Shown here: positions 1-10,961 of the stretch, piece after piece | How the letters are laid out: every line of letters starts with the position of its first letter | Position numbering within the stretch: the first letter of the stretch is position 1 | From: Alphaproteobacteria bacterium | Lineage (GTDB): Bacteria > Pseudomonadota > Alphaproteobacteria > UBA8317 | Direction: 5' to 3' | NCBI GenBank assembly: GCA_038131935.1 | Contig: JAYPQH010000026.1 | Span: 1-26,719, forward strand | DNA: 26,719 nt | Notes under the pieces: model-generated | The model's database searches: none | What the model was told of the DNA's origin: nothing | Seen by the model: the letters and a program-made list of their open reading frames with translations, nothing else | Made by a program: the position numbers and the translations under genes

Positions 1-1217
1 TTGCTCAACAATTTAAACAATTGGTAATGATGGCGGGATTTGATCGTTATTTTCAAATTGCACCATGTTTTCGCGATGAAGACGCTAGGGCTGATCGCTC
101 GCCAGGTGAGTTCTATCAGCTTGATATTGAGATGAGTTTTGTTACGCAAGAAGATGTTTTTGCGGCTGTTGAACCAGTCATATACGGAGTTTTTGAGGAA
201 TTTTCCGGTGAGAAATCGGTGACACCTGCACCCTTTCCACGTATTCCATATAAGCAAGCTATGTTAGAATATGGAAGTGATAAGCCAGACCTCCGGATTC
301 CTTTAAAATTGGCAGATGTGTCTGATTTGTTTCTGAGAGAAGATGTCACTTTCAAGGCATTTAAAAATATCTTGGACAATGGAGGTGTTGTGCGTGCGAT
401 CCCTGCGCCAAGTGCTGCAACCCAACCACGTTCATTTTTTGATAAGTTGAATGACTGGGCTCGTAAAGAAATGAATGCCGCAGGCCTTGGTTATGTCTTG
501 CTAGAGCAAAATGATGAGGGTGAACTGGTTGGTCGGGGACCTATTGCTAAATTCCTGTCAGACGACATGGTACGTGAATTGGCTCAACGCTGTTCTGTTG
601 AAGCTGGTGATGCAGTTTTCTTTTCTTGTGATCAGGAGACCAAAGCAGCAGCGCTTGCTGGTGCGGCAAGGGTGCGCATTGGTAGAGAACTGGGTTTGCA
701 AAAAGAGGGAGTTTTTGAGTTTTGTTGGATCGTTGATTTTCCAATGTATGAGCGAGATGAAGATACAGGTGTTCTTGATTTTTCTCATAACCCCTTTTCA
801 ATGCCACAAGGTGGCTTAGATGCTTTGAGCTCATTAGATCCATTGGATGTTTTGGGCTATCAATATGACATCGTTTGTAATGGTATAGAGCTATCTTCTG
901 GCGCCATTAGAAATCATCGTCCTGATATTATGATGAAAGCTTTTGAAATTGCGGGTTATGATGCGCGCGAAGTCGAACAGCGATTTGGAGGCATGTTAAA
1001 CGCGTTTCGTTTTGGCGCTCCTCCTCATGGTGGCATAGCTCCCGGTGTTGATCGCATCGTTATGCTTTTGGCAGATGTGGAAAATTTGCGGGAAGTTACT
1101 TTATTCCCAATGAACCAGCGGGCTGAGGATCTCATGCTTGGCGCACCCTCAGATGTAGATCCGAGCCAACTGTCTGAATTAGGCCTACGTTTAGCCCCAA
1201 AGACAAAGAGTCAATAG
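1..1217 (+). CDS. aspS: Aspartate--tRNA ligase, 5'-truncated by the window edge
   Basis: Class II aaRS motif 2 ([26 protein letters not shown]), [12 protein letters not shown] insertion domain, HNPFSMP, and motif 3 ([14 protein letters not shown]). The frame is open from position 3 (QQFKQL), so the true start lies upstream. Confidence 0.97.
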   Translation, partial: AQQFKQLVMMAGFDRYFQIAPCFRDEDARADRSPGEFYQLDIEMSFVTQEDVFAAVEPVIYGVFEEFSGEKSVTPAPFPRIPYKQAMLEYGSDKPDLRIPLKLADVSDLFLREDVTFKAFKNILDNGGVVRAIPAPSAATQPRSFFDKLNDWARKEMNAAGLGYVLLEQNDEGELVGRGPIAKFLSDDMVRELAQRCSVEAGDAVFFSCDQETKAAALAGAARVRIGRELGLQKEGVFEFCWIVDFPMYERDEDTGVLDFSHNPFSMPQGGLDALSSLDPLDVLGYQYDIVCNGIELSSGAIRNHRPDIMMKAFEIAGYDAREVEQRFGGMLNAFRFGAPPHGGIAPGVDRIVMLLADVENLREVTLFPMNQRAEDLMLGAPSDVDPSQLSELGLRLAPKTKSQ

Positions 1218-1235
1218 AACAAACAGGTGTGATAT

Positions 1236-1898
1236 ATGATTACCAATGCGGTCTTATTTGATGCTTATGGAACACTTTTGGATGTCTCTGGTCCCGGTCG
1301 TAGATTAACGGAAAAATATGGTCCTGTTGCTGATCGTGTTGGCTTACGTGTGCGGGCCTTACAAATTGCGTATACATGGCACATGAGCCTGATGGGCAAA
1401 TACCAAGGGTTTTTCACGCTGACACGTCATGCTCTAGATGTCGCCATGCGCGAAGAAAATTGGCGTGACACGGCCTTTGTTGATGACTTTATGGATGGTT
1501 ATGAGAAGATCGAGGCGTTTCCCGAGGTAGGCGAGGCGTTGAGGCAACTACGAGCGTTGGGTTTGCAGCCTGTGATTTTATCAAATGGCGAAAAAAAATA
1601 CTTAGAAAGAGCTTTTGCGCATGCACAGCTTTTGGAATTGCTCTCAGATATTATCACGGTAGAAGAGGTTAAGATATTTAAGCCAAGTATGGCTGTATAT
1701 CAGCATGCCAAAGAACAGGTATTGGCAAGGGGATTTGTATCCTCAAACCCTTGGGATGTGACCGGTGCTGCAACGTTTGGATTCCAAACATATTGGTTGA
1801 ACAGAGCTGGTGGTGTTTTTGATGGGCTGGCTGATGCAAGCCAATTTCAAACGGTAAGAAGCTTGCAAGATTTGGTGTTTCACTACCAAAACAGTTAG
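1236..1898 (+). CDS. Haloacid dehalogenase type II (L-2-haloacid dehalogenase-like, HAD superfamily)
   Basis: FDAYGTLLDV nucleophile motif, R-x-x-Q-x-x-YTW cap motif, ILSNG, KP, and FVSSNPWDVTGA, all typical of group II haloacid dehalogenases. Starts 18 nt after the aspS stop. Confidence 0.88.
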   Translation: MITNAVLFDAYGTLLDVSGPGRRLTEKYGPVADRVGLRVRALQIAYTWHMSLMGKYQGFFTLTRHALDVAMREENWRDTAFVDDFMDGYEKIEAFPEVGEALRQLRALGLQPVILSNGEKKYLERAFAHAQLLELLSDIITVEEVKIFKPSMAVYQHAKEQVLARGFVSSNPWDVTGAATFGFQTYWLNRAGGVFDGLADASQFQTVRSLQDLVFHYQNS

Positions 1899-1921
1899 AA
1901 AAGGCCCTAAAGGGCCTTTTC
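1898..1921. terminator. Bidirectional intrinsic terminator between the dehalogenase and nrdJ
   Basis: Perfect inverted repeat GAAAAGGCCCT-AA-AGGGCCTTTTC, giving a T-run after the GC stem on both strands, between convergent genes. Confidence 0.85.
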
Positions 1922-1948
1922 ATATTTAGAACATAATAAGTTTAACGA

Positions 1949-4900
1949 TCAGGAACATCCGCTTGTTGAACCACATGTATCACATTTCATGCATGTTCCA
2001 TTCCGAACCAAAGTAAAATTCCCACATTCTCCACAACTATCACCCTCATAACCCTTCATCCGAGCCATGGCACGAGCTTGTTGTTCATCTTGTACGAGGT
2101 TTGTCGTTTCCAATTTACCTGCTTGTAAATCTTCAGCGGCTTCAAGATCCCCTTGAAGTGCGGTAGCACCGTCGCTTACCAAGCTCACAACTGAAAGGTT
2201 CTTGGTAACCTCTGCGCCACGGGTCAATCCGCGTGAAAGATTGGCTTTGACCAGTTGTTCAGCATGCGCTGCAGAAACCCCACCAAGTCCGTCACCATGG
2301 AGTGTTCCTGGGTCAACATGGGCAAGGTCAGACCTGCTAAGATAACTTACAGCCAATTCTCGGAATACATAGTCCAAAATAGATGTGGCATTTTTAATCG
2401 CATCGTTACCCTGAACCATTCCAGCGGGCTCAAATCTGGTGAAGGTAAACGCATCAACAAATTCTTCCAATGGCACGCCATATTGAAGTCCTAATGAAAC
2501 AGCGATAGCGAAATTGTTCATCAAGGAGCGGAAAGCTGCGCCTTCTTTATGCATATCAATGAAGATTTCACCAAGCTGGCCGCTTTCATATTCGCCTGTG
2601 CGCAAATACACTTTATGTCCGCCTACAATAGCTTTTTGTGTATAACCTTTGCGACGGTCCGGAAGCTTTTCGCGAACATGTTTAATCACGGCTTCTGACA
2701 TTGCTTCGGCCATAACAGTGGCCTTTGCAGCGGTTGGTAGATTTTCTTGAATGGCTTCTTCAATGGCTCCGTCATCATCCAATTCATCAAGAACCTGTGC
2801 GCTCAAAGGTTGACTTAACTTTGAACCATCGCGGTACAACGCATTTGCCTTCAATCCTTTCTCCAGGAGCGCATATAAGCTGCCTTACAATCCTCAGCTG
2901 TAGCATTTGCGGGCATATTAACCGTTTTTGAAATAGCTCCCGATATAAATGGCTGTGCCGCAGCCATCATATCTATATGGCTGTCTGCTGACAGGTAACG
3001 CGTTCCTTTCCGGCCACAAGGATTTGCACAATCAAAAATTGCAAGATGCTCTGCCTCCAGTCCAGGAGCGCCTTCCAACGTCATGGTTCCACAGACATAC
3101 TCGTTCGCTTTTTCAATCTCTTCCTTGTTGAATCCAAGATGGGTGAGTAGGTCAAAACTATGATCTTCCAAACGCTCAGCTGGTACATTTAATGTTTGAA
3201 CCAGAAAATCATCTCCTAATGTCCATCTGTTGAACACAAAACGTATATCAAAGGCACTTGCTAGGTTGGCTTCAATTTTTGCAATGGCTTCATCATTAAA
3301 GCCTTTTTGTTTCAATGCACCGTGATGTAATGCAGGCGAACCCACCAAGGTTCCATGTCCCACGGCATATTTCTCGATCGCAGATATTGCATTATCTCCG
3401 TAACCTAGTTTTTTCAAAGCTAAGGGGACCGAGCGATTAATGATTTTAAAATAACCACCTCCGGCAAGTTTTTTAAACTTCACCAAGGCAAAGTCTGGTT
3501 CAATGCCGGTCGTCACAATCCATTACCAAACCGATGGTTCCTGTTGGAGCAATCACTGACGTTTGGGCATTCCGGTAGCCATGCTTTTCGCCTAACATCA
3601 CTGCTTCATCCCAAGCCTGGCAAGCTGCTTGTAACAATTCTGGTTGCGGGCAATTATGATGATCCAGAGCAACAGGCGTTATGTTCAGGCGCTCATAACC
3701 CCTTCACCTCCTTTGGCAGCCGTGCGGTGATTACGCATCACCCGCAGCATGTCTGCGGCGTTCTTTTGATAACCAGGGAATGGACCCAATTCTGACGCCA
3801 TCTCAGCAGATGTTGCATAGGCAACACCTGTCATAAGTGCGGAAATAGCGCCGCAATAGGCTCGACCTTCGTCTGAATCATATCCTAATGCTGATTGCAT
3901 CAGGAGTCCTCCCAAATTCGCAAACCCAAGACCAAGCGTACGGAACTCGTATGAGCGCAGAGCGATTTCCTTGGAGGGAAACTGCGCCATAAGAACAGAT
4001 ATTTCGAGCGCAACGGTCCAGAAGCGCACCGTGTGACGAAATCCTTCTACGTCAAATTCACCTGTTTGTGTAAGGTATTTGTCAAGGTTAATTGATGCCA
4101 AATTGCATGCCGTGTCATCAAGAAACATATATTCTGAGCAAGGATTGGATGCACGAATGTCGCCATCTTGAGGACAGGTATGCCAATCATTAATTGTTGT
4201 GTGAAATTGGATGCCTGGATCTGCACATGCCCAAGCCGCCTGGCCAACACGATCCCACAGGTCCCGTGCATTCAATGTTCCGACAGTTTCTTGTGTCACA
4301 CGAGAGGTGAGGGCCCATTCCCCGCCATTTTCTACGGTCTTTAAGAAATCATCGGTAACACGTACGGAGTTGTTAGAATTTTGCCCCGATACGGTGCCGT
4401 AGGCTTCTGAATCCCAGTCTGTGTCATAGGTTTTGAAATCAATTTGTTTGTAGCCTTGGCGCGCGAAATCAACCACACGCATGATATAGGCCTCTGGAAT
4501 TCTAGAGCGTCGTGCCTCACGTGCAGCCTGTTTCAAACGGGGATTTTTCTTTAACTCAAAACAATCATCACCATCTGCTTCACAGTTGATACATGCTTGG
4601 AAAACGGCCTTCAGTTTATCTGCCATAATCTTTGAACCAGTTACCAAGGCAGCAACTTTTTCTTCCTCAATAACCTTCCAATCTATAAATGCCTCAATAT
4701 CTGGATGGTCGATATCCACAATAACCATCTTAGCTGCACGTCTTGTTGTCCCGCCTGATTTGATGGCACCAGCTGCTCGATCCCCAATCCGTAAGAAGCT
4801 CATCAAGCCTGATGATCGTCCCCCACCAGACAAGGGTTCATTGGCTCCTCTCAGTGATGAAAAATTAGATCCTGTACCAGATCCATATTTGAACAATCTT

Positions 4901-5567
4901 GCTTCGCGTGTCCAAAGATCCATGATGCCGCCTTCATTCACCAAATCGTCTGATACTGATTGAATGAAGCAAGCATGTGGTTGTGGATGCTCGTATGCTG
5001 ATTTTGAAGACACCAATTTACCAGTCTGGAAATCTACATAGGAATGTCCTTGACCTGGACCATCAATGCCGTAGGCCCAGTGAAGACCTGTGTTGAACCA
5101 TTGTGGAGAATTGGGGGCTACCCCTTTGGGTGGCAAGCATGTAGCGCATTTCATCGAAATATGTCCGCGCATCCTCTTCTGTGGAAAAATATCCACCTTT
5201 CCATCCCCAGTATGTCCATGTGCCGGCGAGACGATCGAAAACCTGTTTTGCACTTTTTTTCAGACCCTGATCTCTCTGATTCTGGTTTCTTTGCAAGGGC
5301 TTTCTCATCAGCAACATGTCTCCATAACCAACTTGGTACAGAATTTTCCTCAACAGCTTTCAATTTGCTGGGAACACCGGCTTTGCGGAAATATTTCTGT
5401 GCTATGATGTCGCTGGCAACTTGGGACCAGTGCGCAGGAACTTCAATATCTTTGAGTTGGAAAACAATGGAACCGTCTGGATTCTTGATTTCACTCACTG
5501 CAGTGCGAAAGGCAATATTTTCGTATGGATCCTGACCTGATGTGGTATATCTTCTTGAAAATTTCAT
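1949..5567 (-). CDS. nrdJ: Adenosylcobalamin-dependent (class II) ribonucleotide reductase, about 1200 aa, split by 5 apparent indels
   Basis: Consecutive fragments: MKFSRRYT...[57 protein letters not shown] (thiyl-radical Cys), [27 protein letters not shown], a TSCPD-like domain and the C-terminal CGECG...[14 protein letters not shown]. Frame breaks near 5254-5260, 5121-5124, 3699-3702, 3510-3515 and 2858-2860. Confidence 0.95.
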
Positions 5568-5688
5568 GACAAACCTCGTGTATCGAACAATAATATAGAC
5601 ACCTTTCCTAACAGCTGGGTTGTTTTACCATGACTGTTGGGTCGGTGCCATCAAACGTACCAACCACTATAGCGTTGCTTCGCAAACA

Positions 5689-5704
5689 TATCAACATATT
5701 GTGG
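5689..5704. promoter_or_regulatory. Putative NrdR box 1
   Basis: tatCaAcATaTTGtgg matches the NrdR consensus acaCwAtATaTwGtg, about 120 nt upstream of the nrdJ start. Confidence 0.72.
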
Positions 5705-5721
5705 TTCTAAAAAAGAACCTC

Positions 5722-5737
5722 TAACTAAATGTTGTAA
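5722..5737. promoter_or_regulatory. Putative NrdR box 2
   Basis: taaCtAaATgTTGtaa keeps the C-w-A-n-AT-n-T-w-G core and starts 33 nt after box 1, about three helical turns, as expected for tandem NrdR boxes. Confidence 0.62.
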
Positions 5738-5814
5738 TGATAAGAATCATGGCGCTTTGTAAGAAAATCAGGTATTTAGAGCGTGTTGTATCAAATTTTT
5801 ATGGGTAAAAATAA

Positions 5815-6201
5815 ATGAAAAGAGTTTTTTCCTTGTTTTTTACATGGTGGAATGGCGCCACAGTGGGGACTTTATGGCACACTTATCGCCACGGTCGTCT
5901 CGTAGGATCTGATGAATTTGGCAATCAATATTTCACCAGGGATGATTCTGATCGGCGCTGGGTGATCTATAATGGAGATGCTGAAGCAAGCAAAATTCCA
6001 CCTGAATGGCATGCATGGTTACATGGGCTCACCCAATCACCTCCCACTATTAACGCTTTGACGCGTCAAAGTTGGGAGAAGCAGCATGAGAGTAATCAAA
6101 CAGGAACGGAGAATGCTCATCAACCTAGTGGGTCATTGTTGAGAAATAACAATGATGCACAGAATGCTGGCTACCAAGCATGGGTCCCAGGTAAATCATG
6201 A
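5815..6201 (+). CDS. NADH:ubiquinone oxidoreductase subunit NDUFA12 (17.2 kDa) family protein
   Basis: FTWWNGAT-GT, VGSDEFGNQYF, RRWVIYNGDAEASKIPPEWHAWLH, NQTGT and C-terminal YQAWVP are characteristic of alphaproteobacterial NDUFA12. Confidence 0.92.
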   Translation: MKRVFSLFFTWWNGATVGTLWHTYRHGRLVGSDEFGNQYFTRDDSDRRWVIYNGDAEASKIPPEWHAWLHGLTQSPPTINALTRQSWEKQHESNQTGTENAHQPSGSLLRNNNDAQNAGYQAWVPGKS

Positions 6202-6641
6202 GATATGCACCTTTAGAGGTTGCCGTTGGTGGGGTCGTACTGCTCGCAGCTATTTTGTTTCTGTGGCAGGCGCGTGATGTTGTTCAGTCAGGCCCATCTG
6301 AAGGTTATACCCTTCATGCACAAGTCGCCAATATTGGTTCGGTTCGTCCCGGTACGGATGTTCGTATGTCTGGCGTAAAAATCGGCCAAGTTATTGACAT
6401 AACATTGGATCCAAAAAGCTACTTTGCCAAAATCTCTTTAAAAATTCGTAACGATTTGGAGATTCCCATAGATACCACACTGAAAATTGCATCAGAAGGA
6501 TTGCTGGGTGGTCAATATGTGACGCTTGAAGTGGGTGGTGCCATGGATATGATGGCATCTGGAGATGAGTTTGAATATACGCAAGGTGCGGTAGACTTGA
6601 TGAGCCTTATTGGTCAGGCGGTTTTCTCTAAAAGGGACTAA
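6198..6641 (+). CDS. mlaD: MlaD/MCE-domain lipid asymmetry protein
   Basis: N-terminal TM anchor (EVAVGGVVLLAAILFL) followed by an MCE domain (GTDVRMSGVKIGQV, IASEGLLGGQYV, TQGAVDLMSLIG). ATGA overlap with the NDUFA12 stop. Confidence 0.9.
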   Translation: MRYAPLEVAVGGVVLLAAILFLWQARDVVQSGPSEGYTLHAQVANIGSVRPGTDVRMSGVKIGQVIDITLDPKSYFAKISLKIRNDLEIPIDTTLKIASEGLLGGQYVTLEVGGAMDMMASGDEFEYTQGAVDLMSLIGQAVFSKRD

Positions 6642-7308
6642 TTCACTTTTGCTAGCCATGTTGCCATAAAGTTTTGTTCTGTTGTGGCGATAAGTTGTTT
6701 TTTCAGAGAAATGGGCTGGCGGTCGAGTGCTTGTTCCAAAATTTTTTCGTAGTCATCAGAAGAAATCATACGCTGTCCAAAGCGTTCAAGATGACTTGTT
6801 GTCGTTTGGGTGTCGAGAAGGTGAAATCCTGCAAGTTGTAACGCTGCAACCAAATGGGTGAGGGCGATCTTCGAGCTGTCTGGTTGTAAACTTACCATAC
6901 TTTCTCCAAAAAAGCCCCCCGAATGAAGACGCCAAAAAGCCCCCCCGAGAATGAGCCGTCATAGCTTACTTCGACTGAGAGAAGATGTCCTTGTTGGTTC
7001 AATTCTTCATAAGCTTTTTCTAAACGGTAGGATATCCACGAACCATCTTCTCGCTGTGCACAATGCCTAAGCATCTCTTGAACATGTTGATTAACCGACA
7101 GTCTATAGCAGCCCTTCTTGATCTTTTTCTTTAGGCTTTTTGGTACATGGAATTGATGCAGTGGTATGATACCGCGTTGTTCACATGTAAACCAATGAAA
7201 CTGTTTTGCATCGCGACAATCAGCCATTGGAAAAATGGCTTGCTGATAGCCTATCAGCATATTGCTTGCGTCTTGTTTTGCAGTTGATGGGCCTTCTACA
7301 TCAACCAT
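6638..7308 (-). CDS. aat: Leucyl/phenylalanyl-tRNA--protein transferase, with one apparent indel
   Basis: IFPMA, RGIIPL-FHVPKSL, SWI, SVEV, GGLFGV, then GAF[FGES]M-S...SKIAL-HLV...LLDTQ-TSHLERFG. Adding one T to the 6-nt run at 6908-6913 restores GAFFGESM. Confidence 0.9.
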
Positions 7309-8649
7309 TTGTCTTTGTAGCGAGAAATTTTGTCAACCAATGAATATCATATTGACCATTTTGAAATTCTTGGTCTGCCAATAATTCTTGAAAGAGCGGA
7401 ATGTTGGTATGAACACCCGAGACAACAAACTCCCGAAGGCATCTGTTAAGGCGAAGAAGGCATTCGGTGCGTGTGCGTCCATGCACAATGAGTTTGCCAA
7501 TTAAGCTGTCATAAAATGGGGGTATGTCATAACCAGAAAACAGTGCTGAATCGACGCGAACGCCCAAACCTCCAGCTGGGTGAAATGCTTGTACACGTCC
7601 TGGTGATGGGGCCATGGTGAAGGGATGTTCAGCATTAATTCGGCATTCTATGGCATGACCATGAAAGTTTAAATCATCCTGCGTCATACTGAGTCCAAGA
7701 CCCGCAGCGATCCGAATTTGCTCCTTCACCAAGTCAATCCCAAAGATGGCTTCTGTTACAGGATGTTCGACCTGCAGGCGGGTATTCATTTCAATAAAAT
7801 AAAAAGAACCATTTTCATATAAGAATTCAATGGTACCCACGCCGCGATATTTCAGTTTGCCTATAGCTTCTGCGCAAATGGCACCAATTTCGTCTCGTTG
7901 CGCTGTGTTTAGACAAACAGAGGGAGCCTCCTCAAGTATCTTTTGGTGTCGCCGCTGTAACGAGCAATCTCGCTCTGCTAAGTGGACGGCCTGTCCTGCA
8001 CCATCGCCTGCTACTTGAATTTCAATATGGCGTGGGGTGGTTAAGTATTTTTCCATATATACCGCACCATTGCCGAAAGCCATTTCTGCCTCACGTCGTG
8101 CCATGGTGAAAGCTTGTTCCAACTCATGAGGTTGCTTCACAACCTGCATACCACGTCCACCGCCACCTGCTGCAGCTTTGATGATAAGTGGATAACCTAT
8201 AATGTCGGCCTGAATGCTCGCATCCTCTAAGGTTTGAATTTCTCCTGCTGATCCTGGAACGGTTGGAATGCCAAGATCTTTCGCAGTTGATTTGGCTGTA
8301 ATTTTGTCACCCATTAACTCTATATGGTCGGCTGTTGGACCAATAAAAGTAATTCCATGTGCTTCTATAATGCGGGCAAAGCGCGCGTTTTCTGATAAAA
8401 CCCATATCCAGGATGTACGGCATCCGCATTCGTGATTTCGCAAGCTGCAATGATATTGGGTATATTGAGATAGCTATCAGCGGGTGATGGGGCCCCTATG
8501 CAAACACTTTCGTCAGCTAAGCGAACATGCATGGCGTCCGCATCGGCTGTTGAATGAATTGCAACTGTTTGAATGCCCATCTCTCGGCACGCTCTGAGTA
8601 TACGTAGGGCAATCTCACCGCGATTGGCTATCAAAATTTTATCAAACAT
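7301..8649 (-). CDS. accC: Acetyl-CoA carboxylase biotin carboxylase subunit, with one apparent indel
   Basis: [22 protein letters not shown]|LSENA (break at the 4-nt run 8397-8400), [46 protein letters not shown]. Confidence 0.96.
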
Positions 8650-8657
8650 AATGTCTC

Positions 8658-9104
8658 TTACTCGATATCAACGAGGGGTGCGCCGAACTCAACGGGCTCA
8701 TTGTCACGCACATGAATATTTGTCACTTTTCCAGATCGAGGTGCAGAAATTGGATTCATAACCTTCATGGCTTCAATAATGAGGAGGGTCTGCCCTTGCT
8801 TCACCATATCGCCAACACGAACAAATTCTGGTGCATTGGGCTCTGGAGAGAGGTAAATCGTACCAACAATTGGAGAAACAACCGTATTTTCTGAAGTTGA
8901 TACGGTTTCGGACTGTGAGGGACTATCGGTGCTCGCACTAAGTACCGCTGATGGAGGTGGAGGCGAAACGGGGCTATACTTTACCTGCTCACGAGCAATA
9001 CGAATACGCTGTTCTTTATCTTCAACTTCAATTTCGCTGAGATCGCGCTCTTGCAAAACATCTGCAAGCATCTCGATTAAGCTTACCAATTTTTTTTCTG
9101 ACAT
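8658..9104 (-). CDS. accB: Acetyl-CoA carboxylase biotin carboxyl carrier protein
   Basis: [18 protein letters not shown] biotinylation site, VEFG, Pro/Ser-rich linker. Immediately upstream of accC. Confidence 0.95.
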   Translation of the reverse strand: MSEKKLVSLIEMLADVLQERDLSEIEVEDKEQRIRIAREQVKYSPVSPPPPSAVLSASTDSPSQSETVSTSENTVVSPIVGTIYLSPEPNAPEFVRVGDMVKQGQTLLIIEAMKVMNPISAPRSGKVTNIHVRDNEPVEFGAPLVDIE

Positions 9105-9119
9105 CTGGAATTCCTTTCG

Positions 9120-9572
9120 TCAGGAGGCTTTAATGATTGAAAGTAAGCCATCGAGTCCAAGTTGATAACTCATGGCGCCAAAGCCTGAAACAAAGCCTCT
9201 ACAACCAGCTGATATTGCTGAGTGGTGACGAAATGCTTCACGCCCATGGACATGTGATAGATGGACTTCAATGGCAGGTAATCCCGATGCCCGTAACCCG
9301 TCTTGTATACCTATGGATGTATGGCTGTATGCACCTGCATTGATTAACAAACCATCGTAGCCTGCATCAGTCCATTCGTGAATTTTGTCTATCAATGCAC
9401 CTTCATGGGCAGATTGAAAATCTGTAACCTCAGCACCTTTTTGCTGCCCATAGGCTTTGAGATTGGTCATAATGCTCTGAAGCGTCGCTGAGCCATAAAT
9501 TCCCGGCTCCCTTAGGCCAAGTCTGTCAAGATTTGGACCATTTAAAATACCAATCCGTAGCATATCATCCAT
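9120..9572 (-). CDS. aroQ: Type II 3-dehydroquinate dehydratase
   Basis: NGPNL..LG.REP.IYG, QSAHEG, INAGAYSHTS, EVHLS...REAFRH. Conserved aroQ-accB-accC order. Confidence 0.95.
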   Translation of the reverse strand: MDDMLRIGILNGPNLDRLGLREPGIYGSATLQSIMTNLKAYGQQKGAEVTDFQSAHEGALIDKIHEWTDAGYDGLLINAGAYSHTSIGIQDGLRASGLPAIEVHLSHVHGREAFRHHSAISAGCRGFVSGFGAMSYQLGLDGLLSIIKAS

Positions 9573-9582
9573 CCATGAATCA

Positions 9583-10880
9583 TCATTTATTCAATATCTT
9601 CTTAATATCTAACGCGCGCTTGTGCCAAGGGTCTTGCGGTGGCAATGACTGAAGTGCGCGCGTTGCAAACCATGCTGCATCATCGCGCCGACCTTGGCGT
9701 AATAATAGTTCAGCAGTGGCTGCTTCAGCTTTGCCACGTTGCTGTAATTGTTCATATCCTCGTGCCAATTGAATCCAATATTCTCCTAAATTGGACAATG
9801 ACAGCTCAAATTTATTCAAAAGTATGATGGCTTCTGAGGGTGTTAGCTGGTAATTCATGAGCCCGCATTTGGCGAGTCCGAAAGCAATCATGGCGCTTTG
9901 CGGTTCAAAGCTATGGGCCTTATTCATTTGTGCACAACCAAGCTCATTTAAACCAATACGTACATGAAGTTCCCCAAGGAAATCCCATAAAAAACCATCA
10001 TTAGGATTTTGAGGAAGATAACTATCTCGTATTTTATCCAATTCCTGTTTTGAGTTTTCTTTCTGTCCCAGTCTATAATAGGCAATGGCGCGGGCCATGG
10101 ATGCTTGAAGCCCCTCTTTGTGGGAAAACGTTCGCAGTACCGCTGAGGGTTCACTTAGAAAACCAGTCAACTTTGCAACCACCCGGTCATGCTGTTGTTG
10201 AAGGCCTTCGGGGTCTTTTTTATTTGCATATTTTGCTGACTGGCGTTGGAGTAAGGTCAATCTGTCTTGTGTTAACGGATGTGTTGAAAGATACGGTGCC
10301 ATCTGTTGCTGGGCACGGCCAGACCTTTGATCTAACTTTTTGAGAAAATTAATGAGCCCATGAGGCGAGGTTTCAGTCTTTGATAGTAGATCGATTGCAT
10401 ATTGATCAGCAGCTGATTCGTGGACTCTGGAAAAAGCCATGGTTATAGATTGTTGAAGCCCTAATCCTGTGGAAAGTCCGGCACCCAAAGCATCACCACC
10501 ACCAACTGCTCCACCGAGTGCCCCCAACAGCGCACCTGCGATTCCAAGATAAGAAGTCTGATTTTCGAATGTTTTCGGCGCGCAACGTGACCAGCGGTTA
10601 TGTGGCCTATCTCATGCGCTATAACGCCACGGAGCATGTCTGGTCCTTCGGCGTCTATAATTAAACCTGCATGAATATAAACAGTTTGACCAGCGATGAC
10701 GAATGCATTCCAATCCAAATTGTTGGTCACTGTGATCCCACCATCCTCTATGTTTGAAGCTTGAAAGAGTGGGCTGGCAACTTTATCGAGATAGTCTTCG
10801 AGTTCAGCGTCTCTGATGCTTGCAATGGCGGATATTGACCAGACAAGTAAAAAACACGCAATGCTAAGAGATCTCAACAT
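9583..10880 (-). CDS. M48 family periplasmic metalloprotease with TPR-like C-terminus (BepA/YfgC-like), with one apparent indel
   Basis: Signal peptide, IRDAELE, NAFV, HEIGH zinc motif, FSR-HESAAD, YLSTHPL. Adding one A to the 4-nt run at 10572-10575 joins the two ORFs (RRKTFENQ...). Confidence 0.88.
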
Positions 10881-10961
10881 GAAGTTTCCAGTTTGTGTAT
10901 CCAGTTAGGGATGCGGGAACATAGGACTTTGTTGACGTATTTTTGACATAATGGGTGAACC

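Noticed and set aside
1949-2854. Genuinely split NrdJa/NrdJb, or an intein/intron in nrdJ
   Set aside because: The break falls inside the conserved W[15 protein letters not shown] segment and is fixed by one base; total length fits a single-chain NrdJ with no inserted domain.
2851-3687. UGA read-through or genetic code 4, suggested by nrdJ fragments ending in TGA and the damaged prfB
   Set aside because: Homology continues in a different frame after each TGA rather than in frame, conserved Trp residues use TGG, and intact genes end in TGA at their expected C-termini.
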